Assembly (NCBI GenBank): GCA_030141605.1
Contig: JAQGDQ010000245.1
Coordinates: forward strand, 1 to 64,000
Length of the DNA stretch: 64,000 bases
From: Tubiluchus corallicola
Lineage: Eukaryota; Animalia; Priapulida
Reading direction: 5' to 3'
The notes under the pieces were generated by a model, which worked only from the letters and a program-made list of their open reading frames with translations, was not told where the DNA came from and made no database searches. Both the position numbers and the translations under genes were made by a program. Position 1 is the stretch's first letter, and each line of letters begins with the position of its first letter. Shown one piece after another: positions 11,955 to 27,099 of the stretch.

Positions 11955-14198
11955 GCCAGGTTCATATTGTCATTGCTAGTCAATCTATGATGACGAATGC
12001 AATCGAAAAACAGACATCTGGAAAAATGAACGAAGCTGTGAGGTTTTTGTAACTTCACCGGTAGAACTCTGTTGCACCAATTTATAACAAACATCTTTAT
12101 AATTATTATCTGTATAGGCGAAAAACGTTGCTGTTCAACTGTGTGTGTCAGAATATAGTCCGGAAACAAACTTGAGATGAAGATAAAGATTACACGTGGA
12201 GCACAAACAATATATTTTCTGTAAACATCTGTGCTATAGCTTGTACTTTGACACTAAATTTAGTATGACAAATTTTAGAAGAAAATGGCATTCAACAATT
12301 ATACTGCTGCATTAATTTTTAAAATTGCACTCATTAAATGTTAAAAAACAAAACGTATGTGCGCATAATCATCCAAAATGAAAGATTCGGCTATTGAAAC
12401 AAGAAAAGAATGGAAAAAATTGACAAAAAACACAGCATAATATGGGGGTTATAACTTATGATAAAACGTTCACCCACAGTGACATGAATAAATGAACAAA
12501 GATGTTCATTGACATGAAGCGATACTATAAAGGACTGAGAAACGTGAGTTAAATAAATTAGAGTTGTGTAAACTGAACATCATACGTGCGTCGGACCTAA
12601 ATTCACACGTCAATTTTCGAAAATGTACACGTGCCATATGTAGAGATTGTATAGTGTACACATTTTCGCAAATAAAAGTTTTTTACTGTTAATCACATTA
12701 CTACCGAAAATACAGTCTAATGGCCATGCTACAATATCCTCGACGTGCAGATAGGTTCAACCAAAGATATAAATGTAAGGTTCAACAAAGAACACCACGC
12801 TCTTGAACAACCCCGCTTAAACAGACGTCACGTTGACATGTGAATCTATGACGCTCAAGGTGTAAATCAAAGACACTGTCCAAAAAACGTTCCTGAAAAG
12901 ATCGACGTATGTCTGGTGTTCCTTTACCACTGTAATAACAAATAAACAAACAAATTAATAGCGTTGCTTCAAAACCTCAGTAAACATCAGTACTTTTGGA
13001 ATAAAAATGATATAATGCGTGACTGTATGCGCTTTGGTGTGCTTGCATACGTGCGCGTGTTCATGTGTGCCTAGACTCTAACCTAAAACATCACACTTAA
13101 ATTTATAAAGTGTATAATAACTTTAAAATGTATTAAGTCTACTAACTTTATTTCTCTTACCTGCAACTAAATATTCTACTATTAATTATGTTCGGTCTGT
13201 TTACCGAATAAATACACATATATTTATCTCCGCTATTACAAATTTGTTTAACAGTAAATGTAGCCTTCTAACAGTTAAGCCTTTCAATTTGCTTACTGAA
13301 AAGCTTTATTTTGCTTAATGACCCAGACAATGTCATTTTCTGATGAATCCAAAAATCTAAATTTTCCAGAAAAATGAGCGCGTCAGTTGCAGTCACTATA
13401 ACCAGTAAACGTCCCAGTCTGTTTAGTACTACAGTAAGTGTTAAATCTACGTAATGGTGTTATAACCACAGGGAATTCGATAGATAATTCCAAAAGTGCT
13501 GAAAGATTAACGGGTTAAAAGGCATAAGCTGTGTGGCCACTGAGTTCATTTAATCATCAGTGTCTCGAGGGCACAGCAACCTAAGACGAAAATTTCTTAG
13601 GGGCATCCTTAAGTCGACAGGAAAGCAGAGATTTCGCGAAATTAGATTGGACATTTAGTTGCTTCCTTGTGCGCTGGGTTTTATTTGCTAGATTTGGCAA
13701 ATTAACTTTGTATTTGTCACCCTTTCCTCGCTGTATAAACTCGGTTTTTAACTCAGCATAAACTCGGCTGAGTTTTCAGCCGTGATTATAATGTCGAATG
13801 AGAAGAAAACTGCTGAAATGTTGCGGAAACGATTGAAAAACAACAAACGTTTTCAGATTCTGAATAGTAATAAGTCAATCGTCAGTTTTAATTTAATATC
13901 AAAATGGCTGTCCATTTTGTAAAGTATTACAAGCAAGTAAATTATATGCCATTCTAGGATGTACAAAAATTGTGTGAACAATTAAATTTCCCACATATAA
14001 ATTATGCTATTGTACTGAGAGTTTTTGTTTGCAATTTTCATGCAGATTTTCAGGCTTGTGACATAATTTCATGCTATTATATTTGAAAGAGCACGTTTTA
14101 AATACTTCATTTTTAGTATAGTTTTGACTCAGTGACAGACTTTTTTACGAAAAGGGGTATACACGTAACTAAGTAAGCCTTAATTTTTTAACTGGTGC

Positions 14199-14300
<102 letters not shown>

Positions 14301-15858
14301 TTTTATCCACATTCTTGTAGTATATTACGTTTATACTGTCAGGGTGGACCCTGAATATGGGTGATCTTCTGACACCACGGTCCCGTGCAGCCACCGAGAA
14401 GCCAGAACCTGAACATCCTGCATAGTATAATCTGGGTTTAATCTCTTTGGGATGCAACACAAATGTCACGCATAAGTCATCACCAGACAGAATTATTAGA
14501 ATTCACATTGTTCGACACCCGCAATGCAAGTTAGCTTATTATTTCCTCTTACGACGTAAAACCTTTATTTTTCAAACTGTTATTTCTACGTGTGCTCATT
14601 ATTTTATTACAGAAAACTCTTCATTAAGCACGTTTAAGCTGCAGACACTTTGGCAGCAAACGCTATTCTCAGCGTGATCGCAATTACACAAACGCTAGTT
14701 CACAAACTGTAATTCGTCTTGTTTATTTATTTATAGGCGTAAACATCATGTTGCAAGAAGTGAAGCTTGGAGTTGAAACCTAAAGAGTTGTCACCAAACA
14801 GTAAAATTTGTCAGTAGAGAAGCAAATAGCGATCTCTCTCAGACTATTTTCTTAATTAGTATTAACGGGGAGTTAGGCAAGATAATTTTCAGGAAGGATC
14901 TTGGTTTGGAATTACGAATTGCATTCAGACTTAACGGAGAGTGGCGCAACACTATGTAAATGTAAATGTAAATTTTAAGCAGTGACAGACATGCGGAAAA
15001 ACTAAACGGTTGAACGCGAGAAAGAAAAGGCAAAAGAAGAGAGCGTTGCATGTCTCATGCTTAAGAATAACTTAGAGTAACTTAGAGGTATTTTATATTT
15101 CACACCTAATCTTGTAATCACTTTAGTTAACGTTGATTTTTTAACATAATCACAATGCCTATATAATGGTCCGCAGCTGGAGTAAACGAGAGAATTTTCT
15201 GTCAGGTATCTGTCAGTTTAACCGCAGTATTAACTTTTATTTAAAAATGAAAGACGCAAGACAATGTAGTCTATAGACCAGGACGGCATCATGAAAAAAA
15301 CACTAACAATTGTAAGCATACGAACAGTTACATACGAACAAAACAGGCTCACGTAGAATGATAATTTATTCCGTTTGAGTTCCTATTTCATTAGCTGATC
15401 AATAATACAGATGGAAATTTCGTGTAAACAAACTTGGCCTGGCTTTATTCTGTGACGACATTGCCCCACCCCGCATCGTTCATCAGTATAATGGACAGGA
15501 GAGCAGTAGCTTCAATGCGGGCGACTTGTCTGCAACAATTATTGTTACTTCTGAAACGTTAAATGACGGATTCAGACATTTTGTCCTATCAGTGTTGTAT
15601 CACGTTTTTACAATTTCCAGCTAACTGACTGCACACAACATAGTGACAACAACTATAAAGACAATGGCGAAAAAAAGTAAAATCAACAACAGCGGTAATG
15701 ACACTGATAATAACGACGACTAACAAAAATGACCTTAAGAACAGGGCACTACAAGAACCGAAACTAAAGACAAGTAACAATAACAGCAACAGCATCAAAA
15801 AATATAGACAATGATAAGTACAAGAACAGCTAAAACGTCACAGTGTGCAATACACACG

Positions 15859-15903
15859 CAACAACAACAACAATAACAACAACAACAACAACAACAACAA
15901 CAA
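15859..15903. repeat. (CAA)n microsatellite
   Basis: Direct reading. Confidence 0.9.
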
Positions 15904-15951
15904 TTACATTAGGCATTAACGACAACAATTAGCAACAATATACAGACTTAC

Positions 15952-16748
15952 CCTGAAGAGTTTTTTTGGTCTGTCTACTAGACTGTAATCTCTGTACTGT
16001 TTTCGTTCACAATACACTATAGGTTCTAAACCGGGCGGTAATGCTATTTTTTCTTCATACCCTGGACAACAGGGGGCAGTACATAACTTGATGTTTTTCA
16101 ACGACTTCCAGCCTCCCATACAACAAGTTATCTGCAAATGCACAAAAGCAATTTCAGTGTTCTACGTTACTTTGATTTATTCTAAGTGTATGTATAAGAT
16201 GGCTAAGCTCTTAAACTTAAACGAAAATTCCGTTGACTAAATTCAGAAACAAACTAAACTTCTATATTCAATTATATACGATAAAACTAAATTGACAGCA
16301 ATTAAATATCTGAAAGGAAATATGGTTCCCAAAAAATGACACGAGAAAATAGGAACTAAGCTTGAACTTGAATCAAGGCTGCATACCCGTTGTCAGACTA
16401 CTAGACCACAAAACAGAACTTCTAATAGGATATATCTCATATAGTACACTATATGCATTTTCTGCATCCTTTAACTGACCATTGTGAGCGTTTTAACGTT
16501 TAATGGCCTTCAACTGGGTTATAATTCGTCAGTTTAATTCAAATCCATTTCTATCTGACTACATATTTGTCTCTAATTTTAAAGCAGTGAGTTAAATGAC
16601 GGCACAGTAATTGCGCAATTATAATAAACACAATGGCTTTGATATACCTGGTTATGATTCTTACCCTGTCATCTGCGCATGTGTAGTGTGGAATCATGAC
16701 TACTGTGGCCAGTAAGCTTATCACTAATATCCATAGTTTTCGAAACAT
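15952..16748 (-). CDS. Small secreted cysteine-rich peptide precursor (2 clear exons; last exon uncertain)
   Basis: Exon 16748-16665 (84 nt): MFRKLWILVISLLATVVMIPHYTCADDR, donor gtaaga. Exon 16131-15952 (180 nt): ITCCMGGWKSLKNIKLCTAPCCPGYEEKIALPPGLEPIVYCERKQYRDYSLVDRPKKLFR, acceptor tttgcag, donor gtaagt. Phases 0/0 are compatible; there is a hydrophobic signal peptide and six Cys in exon 2. Confidence 0.7.
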
Positions 16749-17893
16749 GATAACTGAAATTTCAAGAAAAAATATTTTACATTACGTGAACTGATTTAAC
16801 CTTTTGTGTATAGTTATAGTTGTGTATAGCTTCTGTTGGAAAGAGCAACACACACAAGCACCCACTTGCACACATTAAGAGACGCATCATACAACAACTA
16901 GCCTAAAGGCTAATAACGTGAAAAAGCTATAAAACTGTAATGGTGTTAATAAATTTTTATAGGTAACGAGGGACTTTTGAAACATCCGGTACTGACCAGG
17001 TGTGCGTTTTAATATAGTTTTAATAGAGATATATAAGTTACTATAAGGTAAAGATATGGTTAAAGATCTATATAAAATTTACACTCCTCTAATTATTTCG
17101 CCATGATTCAATGCAACTGTGCATTAGCATTTTGCACTAACTCACTCTTCTGCCTCAATATCATAATGTGCTCTATTTGATGTCGCGTTATTTTGTGCCC
17201 GTGTGACTAATGCCACTTTGTCCTCTTGGTCACAGTGCAGGTATTCACAATTGGAGATGACATCATGTGACCATATTGAATCAGTTGGAAGTTTTTATTT
17301 TCTTGTGATATTTGCTACAGCTAATATGATACAATAATCTTGTCCTTAGAATTTTAATAAATTGTGCTCAAAGATAAATCTGTTGCTAATTAATGATTGC
17401 TAATTGGTCTGTATTATTTAAATTTGTATCACCATAGTTGAGGGTGAAAAAACAGAGCGCCGAGATTGGGACCCACTATGGCAGGAACGGGTTGTGTTTT
17501 TATCAAGTAATAAAGTTTTATGTTTGCAACAGCGGCCGGTTAAAAATAGAACAATTATTATTCAAATACATGTATCAACCGTTACGGTAACAGCTGAGAG
17601 CCTGAGTCATGCTTGAAGAGACATAGCAGGAGAGGTTTTGGTTTGTGGTCACACATAACTCCAACGTTACTGCCGACGAAATAGCAATGATTTCATATTG
17701 ACATCAACAATCGCTTAGCACTCTAAGACTTTTTTTGGTGGTTATTTATTTTGCAAGTGGGTGCTTAAATACTAGGAATATCAGCTTCAATGCGTACCGC
17801 GTACTATGCGTGAAGTTACGTCAAGTTTAATTGCGTCTCGTGTAGAGGGAATTGCTAAAGAATTTCTAAACTTGCCTTAATTAATAATTAGTC

Positions 17894-20623
17894 ATGTCTA
17901 CGGAGAAACGTTGGTTTTCTTTATCGTCGTTTGCTGGTGGAATGGTGGCCGGGATTCTGTTTGCAATGTACGTGATATCATATATCAACGAAGCTGTTCT
18001 TAAAACAGGTAATTATCCAGTAAATTATTAAAACCAGAGCAAAATAGGAATTGGTTTAAACACTAATATTTTTGTTTGACATTTGCGAAAATAATACGAA
18101 ACATTTAACGTGACGGAGTGCAGCACAACACAAAGGGACAACTACAGTATAACTGTTGTGTCTGAAAGAAAAAGAGAAGGAAAGAGGTCATCGCTTACTG
18201 CTGCATCGTAATCACACATCTTCGTTTTATGAAAGTGGAACAAGCGAAAGTGAACGCAGTATACGAAGGGCGCTTGCATTTAAAAACTGTGTCAAGGAAA
18301 CTGTTTATGGCGTGTAGATGACATTCTATCACGATTTCGCGTTCCTTGAATCAGTTGCTAACCAAGTGAAAAATTTTTCATTTTTGAGAAAAATCAAATA
18401 TGTAGTTAATTTAAGCCATCTTTTGAATAGGTATTGCATTTTTGCTGTGATTAGCCACAAGAAACAAATCGGTGATCCAAAAATTTTTGATTCATAGTAA
18501 TTCCCCAGCTTTTCAGTAATAGGAAAATAACTTCGTGAGCTAATAAAGCGTCGTATAACTTGCTAAATCTGATCTTGTAAGTCTATCGCATATTTAAACA
18601 ATTGTTTTCTCCGATTGCTTTGCCCGTGAACTCAGGAATTAATTTCGAGTGAGAACTCCAATTGTAAATAACAGTATGTGACGTGTGAACTGAATGCATT
18701 GTTTTATATATATATATATATAGGCTTTGCTTGGTTTACTTACTGCTTCAATTTCAACAGCAAGGTGTTGGAGAACGGCATGTATTTAATCACGGCCATG
18801 ACGTTGAAACGATGCTGATCATGATGGCGACAACAATATGATAATTAGGATGCTAATAATAACGAAGTGATATTAAGTTGAAATAATAATTGCATGAAGC
18901 TGAAGCGCTACCCAGTGAATTAACGCTTGCTAGAAAGTGATGCTCTGCCAGGTCTGGAATCTTTCCAAATAAGTTTACATTTTCATAGAAACATTTTAGA
19001 TGTAGTAGCTAACTGCACTTTACCAGAGACTGGCGTTACTAATTGCAGTTCCTATGTTTTTCAGGCCCATATAGACAAGATTATGCAAGAAAGCTGGAGC
19101 AAAACTACAGCCGATTCGGCACAGACGAGGTTATTCTGCCAACACAAAGTGCGAACCAGTCTGCTGGATCTACATACTTCAGCTTGGATACAAATAGAAC
19201 ACTGATTATATTTTTGGGTAAAGTATTGGGAAACACGAGGATATAACCGCTTTTTGCTCATATAGTAAAATCTCTTACCACAGAACTGATAATAGATTAT
19301 CGAATGAACCATAGCCATTCATCATGTTATCTTTTCTGTGAATAACATCAGTTAGCTATAGATCGGGTCTGTTGGCACTAGCACGTACCGCACGTTCAGA
19401 ATGCTGCACGTTGAGGTGAATATGTGCTCCTTTAGTGCAGTATCAGTATTAACGAAGTTTTGTGAAAGCTAATAAATTTCAACGTGTAAAACTGAAAAAG
19501 CGCATAAATTTCACATGTACGATGCTTCTTTTTTTAATACTAGCCTTTGCTGTTTGCTAGATTCAGTTAAACTGCATATCGTAAATATGCTACAAGCTTC
19601 ATTTTTAGATAGCAAAAAGTCTTTAAATATCCATTCGTTTTTTTAGCTTATAAACGAGGTGGCTCTACGTTTGTTGGCGACATTTTCAACAATCATCCTG
19701 ACGTTTTTTACATATTTGAGCCGGTCTGGTTTGAACAAGTAAAAATCTTTGGAAACGGATACGGCAAAGGTCGGCGCAGTGGACCTTTGACGGTGATGGG
19801 TCAGAAGTTATTAGAAAACCTTTCCTTGTGTAATTATACCGGTGAGCGCATGCTAAACTTCACACTTTATCAAAAGAGAAGGCAGTTAATACCTCGCTCT
19901 CGAGCTCTCTCCAAGGAAAAGGGGTGTGATGATGAAGATCTTGATCGCCGCGTGCAAAAATGTTCGTCAATTTTGCGTTCGGGTAGTTCGTCTGTTTCTC
20001 CATTACAATGGTCAAAAGTTTGTAAAAATTACAATACTCACGTCTATAAGGTGCTTCGTCTACATGTAACCGATATTGTACCATTACTCAATCTTCCGGG
20101 GTACAATGTAAAAATACTGTATATGATCCGCGATCCTAGAGGGATTCTAAAGTCCAGGATGAAGGTGGGCTGGCATAAACTTGCGCCTGGGACAGATTTT
20201 CCCTCCAAACTGTGCTATGACATGATGGATAACTATGTCAGTGCACTGTGGTTAAATCTAACTAGCGACAAATTAAAAATCGTGAAATACGAGGAGATAG
20301 CTAGCGACCCGATCAAAATGACGAAAGAACTATTTGAGTATGTGGGACTCCCCTATACAGAAGAGATCGAAAAATATTTAAAGAAGAACTCTCTAGGCGA
20401 TTTGAACTATGTGCGCAAAGAAACAACTATGGGCACATACAGGAAAGATTCTAAAAGCACAGCAGAAGCTTGGAAGACCAGCTTGTCAAAATCTCAAATA
20501 TTAATGATTGAGCAACAGTGTGGGGAGTTTCTGGATCGAGCTGGCTATGAATTCTTGTACTTGAAAAACAAAGCCTACATGTCGCTATTGCGAAATATAA
20601 ATGTGCTTCCTGGTATAATGTGA
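17894..20623 (+). CDS. Golgi carbohydrate sulfotransferase (Gal/GalNAc/GlcNAc-6-O-sulfotransferase, CHST1/3/4-like family)
   Basis: Exon 17894-18008: MSTEKRWFSLSSFAGGMVAGILFAMYVISYINEAVLKT, a type II membrane anchor. Exon 19065-19217 encodes the stem. Exon 19647-20623 carries the 5'-PSB motif YKRGGSTFVG, HPDVFYIFEP, the 3'-PB motif IRDPRGILKSR, and VKYEEIASDP. Phases are 1/1. Confidence 0.92.
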
Positions 20624-23600
20624 TAAATTTGAATGTGATATAAGTCCTATAGCGTGGTTCGTGAAATCTCACGGAGGTCAAATGACTTTTTATAACTTAC
20701 CGCTATTGATCTATAACTCGCTACCTTGTCTAAAATTTCACCACTGGTAATGGCTGATGCTGGATAAAGTGTTATAGATCTTTCAGCGAAAATTTTTTTC
20801 AACTTTTGCGTCAGGTTTTTGTATGCCAATAAAGTAGCAGGATTTGTGCTGAAACCGAAAAATGTTCTTGGAGCTAAATTTGTCATAATTTGTGCCACTC
20901 TTTGGCCTGTTAATATTCAGTTTTGTGGAATATTATATGATGGTGAATGCTTCCTTGTTCTAGAAAAGCAAATTCAATATTTTCACAAATATGCGAATTC
21001 GCAGGATAGCGCGCTGTCAAATCTGACTGCACCAAATCAGAGACGGCCAAGTCAAGTTTAGTTGATACTCAAGTTTGTGCAAAACGTCCAGGTTTAACTA
21101 GAAAAGCTTGAAATGTCTCTGTGTGGTGGTACTACGTTACAGTTTGCCTTGATGTACATAAAGAACTCATTCAATATGCCTGCAGTAAGAAAGTCAATTA
21201 GTGACGTGCATTTACACATTCCATCAAAGGCAAAGACAACATTTATTAACCGTCGTTCATTCAACAGACAACATTAGCACTAACGACTCTTTAGCTACTA
21301 TACTGGTAAGGACATAACACACAAACAACGAATACATGTATGTATGTGCTGGCATTAGCAATCGTTAGACTAGAACTCAAAACTGCGTGACTGCAGTACA
21401 ATACTAAACCACACGGTCACTCAACCTAGAACAAATGTCAATGAAATCGCTAAATGCTAATTGTCGTAAAAAACTCTAGGTATTCGACCAGTATTATTGT
21501 CTCAAATGTCTCAGGTGTGAAGTGTCATGAACTCGTAATGGTCACAAGCACAAAAAGGCTAATTATGCTGTAAACTATAAGGACCACTAGTCCTTAATAG
21601 ATTCTGTTATGTGCGTAATACAGACAGGCATTCAGCTAGCCCAATGTCAACGACAACGGTGATAGTGGTGGAGACATCGATGACAACAACCACAGTTTGC
21701 GACATAAATGTAATTAGTTTTGAAAACATGTGATAGCGTAAATCATTACTGATGCGTGATTTTACTAATCGTGATGCTAATGGCTGTTATCACCTTATAC
21801 AAGTTGCTTTACAGGGCCTCAGCATTTATAGCAATTAGTTATTAAGAATGTGCCGAGCATTATGGCCGGATGTTGGCCTGTCAGAGTCATTGAACAACAA
21901 ATAGCAGAAATTATTGCTCTGCAGCCACTATAATTGTGAATGTTGCACGAAATTAAGCAATATAACCATGTTAACGTCAATGTGCGTGCCTGACAAATCC
22001 GTTCATAGTCACGCTAGGCACATGTGGTGCTATCCATTTAAAAACAAGCTATAAAGTTATTAGAATTTAACGTTCATAATTACATAATTTAATTCCTCGA
22101 CGTTACACTTGTTTTTATACTAACTTGCTCTATTTAGTAACGGATAACGGTATTTTTCTCATGCGTTTTTGAATTAGATTACTTTACCACAAGCGAATCA
22201 TGCAATTGTTTATACCCTCAGGAACAGTTTCGTAAAATGTGCTTCCCTCATTCCTTTAAATTATGGTGCGGTAAAACTGGTTGGTTGTAGGTAGATTAAT
22301 TAATAAAGCAACTCAGGGCACCGGGAATTAAATTAATGATGTCATTTGGTATTTCAGCAAATAAACTTATTCGGCTTTATGGCGTTAATTAATTATTACA
22401 TGGTTACGGTACTGCGCGCGACTACTCGACTGTGAAGACAGGTGGGCCAAGACGAAGAAACGCAATGGTTGCCACATGGACGTGGTATATAAATGCATGT
22501 ACCTACTAACGATTCATCCTTATAGAACAATTAACCCTTCACATAACGATTCACTTTGAATCAGCTAATACAGAGTCACAGAATCTTAGGGTACTTCCAA
22601 AATGACAAACCTAGGTTAACTTAACCTAGTCTATACATGTATCCATCCTAACGGGGGAAAGTTAAATTCTAATAAAAATTTAGTGCTATGGGCGTCTTAT
22701 CTCCCTATTTGGGCAGAAAGGCATAGCACATGATACTTATCAGGCTCCTCTAATTACGTCAATGGCTTTAAGACTATACTGGGAGTACGGGTAAAAATTT
22801 ATGCTTTATTAATCCAACCTCTTACTTGGAAGTCACTGACTTCAAAGCGTACAGTTTGACAGTGCCACATGCATTTGTCAAGGTTGTTAAACTGTTGTTC
22901 ACGGTTTTATCACTTCTACAAGCAGACACGCATCCAGAAGGTAAAGGTAACGCATATACATATAATCAAAGTAAAAGACTTTAGGGGCGACAGATGATAA
23001 TATAAACGTCCCTAGAAAAAATCACTGTATTCGTTGTATTTCCTAATTAAAAATGAGTTCCGCACATCAGATCGCTGAAACATCCACGTTACACTAAGAA
23101 AAAAATAATTACGGTACATAAGATAAGACCTACCAGAGTTTTTTGGCATTAAAACTAAAAATAAATTCACATTTTATTTGGTTGGAATTAAAACTCACGG
23201 TGTAAATAAACACACTCTGGTGTAAATAATTCACAACTTTTCAGCAGTTATGACTACAACTTTACAGATCTGTCGCTCTACAAACAATATGTAGTAGTTT
23301 AATACGTTAAGACAAACATAATTAAAACAGTCAACAACAAAATTTAATGATAAAATGAAAAATCTACGATTATTAAATTTTTTGAATCAAAACCTGACCG
23401 AAAATCAAGTCAAAATTGCAACTTGGAACCTCTAGAAGACCACACAGCCCCTCATCACGATTCACACACCGCTATCGAATTGCGACAGTTTAGCCATCAT
23501 AATAGAATTTCCAAGGGTTAATTTACTGATACGTAGTAGAGTAAATACAGTTAATTTAAAACCTGAAACCTAGATCCATGAGTAACTACTTAAATATCTA

Positions 23601-23776
23601 TTTATAATCTTAATTAATTTTCAAGATTATCAGTTATTAACGGAATAAAGCTGTCAGGTTCTAAATCAATTAGAAAATATAATTTTATTAGATAGTACTT
23701 GCAATTCTGTGAGTAAAGTATAAAAATGCTAGATTGCCTGGCTGTTTAGTTTGAGTTAAAGCCAATCTTGAATTGC

Positions 23777-23910
23777 ATGTGACCGAGTGGAACAGTGGCT
23801 GTGGTGTTGGATTTGTAGGCTGTAGTCTGAAGGTTCCTGGTTCAAATCCAGGTTCACACATGACTTTTAAAACTCTCTTTTTCACTCAGTTTGGCTTCAA
23901 AGAAATTAGT
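23777..23910 (+). mobile_element. tRNA-derived SINE-like copy / tRNA pseudogene
   Basis: A-box-like GTGACCGAGTGG and B box GGTTCAAATCC inside a T-arm (CCTGGTTCAAATCCAGG). The 3' tail (CAGTTTGGCTTCAAA) resembles the 10.5-kb copy. Confidence 0.55.
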
Positions 23911-24197
23911 GAATGAAAATATTCGTTTGCTGGAAATGAAAAGAGGAGTAGTAGTGAAATCAAAAAGTTTTATGAATCACACCACTCGCAATTAACAAAA
24001 GGTGTGGAACTACAGGCATCTTCATGGAAGTGAAAGATGCCATGCCTAACCAACAATAGTTAACTCTAAAGTTTTTATGAGCCAATTTATTTAACACAGA
24101 TCCTCGTACTTGTTTTTATGTTATAGATTATTTATAAGAAGATTTATATATGATAAGATTTATAAAATTAAATATATTTAAAAATTGCTTCTAGAAA

Positions 24198-24490
24198 ATC
24201 GTATCGTGTTGTGATATGTTGTGCCGAGCCATGTTGTATAATATTACTTCGCTCCATGTCGTGTCGTATCATACCATGGCGTCATGTTATGTCATTTCGT
24301 GTCATGTCATCATAATGTGTCGTATCGTATTGTATGGTATCATATATCATGTCATATCATACCATTTCAGTTTGTAGACGTTACGTCTAATTATAAAGGC
24401 AAAGCTATTAGAAATATTAAAAAGAGAAAGTAGTTAAAATATCATATAGTAGGTATCGTATCGTATCGTATCGTGACACATCATCATCAC
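24198..24490. repeat. Degenerate 5-bp satellite (TCGTA/TCATA/TCATG)n
   Basis: Runs of TCGTA, TCATA, TCATG and TCGTG pentamers. Confidence 0.8.
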
Positions 24491-27099
24491 ATTTTTAGGC
24501 TATAATTTTAATAGGTTGTGTAATTTTGTGTCTTTTCTATTTTTCTATCAACATTTCTCTCCATAAACGCTAGCTCTAGGAGAAATCTGCCTGGAAAAGA
24601 TTTCGACAAATTATAGAACAAAATTGGCAGCTATCGACCTCTTTGTTTTTGTCAGCAAGACTTGGTTTATTTGTTGTATGTTACCAGAGCCCTTTGTAAT
24701 CGATGTGCAGTTAGGAAACAACTCTCTAGTTCATTCAGAAATATCCTTAACTATAAAATGTGATTTGGCTTGTATAGAGTGAAGAATAATGCTAGTGAAA
24801 AGGATGTTATTTTTGTGCACACTATAAATGTAATTTAGACACTTAGATTGAAGTGATTTTTTACTTTGATCTGCGTCACATAGATGCAGTATGTAATTCC
24901 ACTGCAGTGCAAATTCACCAATTCATGGTTGCATTTCAGTTTCTCGATTTTGTATTCTGACTGCATAAGAAACAGATACGTTGAGTGAATTTAAAAGTGA
25001 TTTTTTGTAAATTCCATAAAGAAACTGCAATGCGAGATGCAATGCACACTGATGTGTCGCGCGTTAAAATTGCATGGCTTGTCTCTTACATTCCCTTTTA
25101 GCACTATGGCTGCTTCACTGCATTCTTTCTTTTCCTCCTTACTTGTGCAGAGTTAGTGTTTCGTCTTAGCGCTTTCTCAGAAAACTAGTACTGTTACTGA
25201 CGTGAAGAGATTCTCCACATCATTGCAGATCAGAATTAATTTTAATATGTAGCCGTCGCAGGTATTTTAAGGAATAGTTGCCGCTTCAAAATCCGTAGTC
25301 TGTTATAATGTCCAACAGACTGGGATGATTCAGCAAAATTATATTACACAAACCGTAACTGTCTTACGGTTCGTAATTGTAATAGTCAACGCCTTCTGTT
25401 ACTAACTCTCAAACGAGTAAAATTTTATAATTAAACATTGTTACTTGCGAGTTTCCATATTCACCTGCACGAAAAAAGAGAACGAAAAAGAAAAACAAAG
25501 GAAGGAAATAGGAGAGAAAGAAGAGTCGAAGAGATGGTGAATAAAAGAAGTATGAAACAAGGAAGGAAAAAAAGACAACAGAAAAGAAAGAAGAAGAACG
25601 AACAAAAGTGGGATGGCGAAAAGAGAATATTAGTATGATGCTGATATCAAGCTTGATGGTGGTGATGACGACAGTTGCATCAATAACGACCAAACGAAGA
25701 GCATGAAGAAGAACACTTATTAAAAATGAACTAACGAGAAAAAAGATTATAAAAATGTATCATCTGAAAATGACAATTATTCCACCTCACTCAAATTATA
25801 CGTAAAATATGCAAATTAAACTTGATATGGCTATAAACTTAAAAGATTATAAAGAAACGCGTAAAAACGAAAATTAAAATAGCAAGTAGTAAATAGATGC
25901 ACCGAAAAGTAAATATTCGAACATAGTATCAAATCGCCGTGTACCTGTGACGCTTTGTTAGCAAAATTTGCTTTTGAGACGACAAAATCTACTTAGGTTG
26001 CGCTACTAACTAAAACACGCGTAGATATGTATCTCGTCGAATTTTGTCCCTTTTTGCAGGACTGGAAAACATGTTCGGAATCCCGGTTGCCGGGACAAAC
26101 CCATTGAAAGTGCACATCAGACAAACTGACTAGGAGTTTCTTACGGCATACTTGCATATTTCTTTAGAATAATTATAGTTCATATGCATGCAGTAAAATA
26201 TGGTGTAATTTCACATGGAGTCATAGCATGTGAAATATAACGGGTACAAGCGTAACTGTGTTAGAATGATTTTTGGCGCTAACTGTTACAAGTGCTTCTC
26301 CGTATATCCACCGGTGATATTTTACTCACAATAAGTTTTAATGAAACACTGTCAGAAACAATGGTGTTTTCGAGGTTCACTGAATTGCCACTCGCAATAT
26401 GTTTGTCGAAATTGAACTTGGCAGTAGCCATTCTGCTTTCTCACTATTTTATTATGTGAGTGGCAAAACAACAACTGTGTATTATACCAATATATTATAT
26501 GCAGGCTGTTCTATAAATAATTTGTATCATCAGTCGTAATACAAGCAAAATGAAAATTCGAAACTTGCCTTTGGCCTGAGGTGCTCGCATCTAGTTTTGT
26601 AAAAAATGAAAAATTGCTTACCAGGTAGATAAACGAAAATTTTGCTTCTTTATTTTAATTTCAATATTAATTACTTCCTGTGACGTCACCGATTACGAAT
26701 TACACAAATTCAAGAAGTCGCCTTCGACTCGAATAACGAAATAAATGTACTCTGCTGAATTCATCAAATCTGATGACACGATGATTTGTCTGCTCCGTTT
26801 CCTCTGACGCATGCGCAAAAGGTTTTAGTCAAGTCACTTCCTTGTCATTATAACATGCTTAGACAAATAAAATATACTGAACGATGAATTATTTTTGCAT
26901 TAACGAAACGCCAATGTTAGAGTTAGAGAAATAAAGAATTATCAAAATCACGGCATTGCTATATAACTTGGGGATAGGATGCGGCGACGACAGCACATGA
27001 TGATGGTGATAACAGCCACAAAACAGTTGTAGCAGCAACAACAGTAAACGCGAACAATAGCAGACATAGTGTCTTTTCATCAGTGATTTACCTGGAGAA

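Noticed and set aside
23777-23862. Functional tRNA-Tyr gene
   Set aside because: The D-arm and anticodon arm do not form a canonical cloverleaf, and it shares a 3' tail with the SINE-like family.
25409-25693. Hydrophobic or basic ORFs
   Set aside because: Low-complexity purine-rich tract with no splice or domain support.
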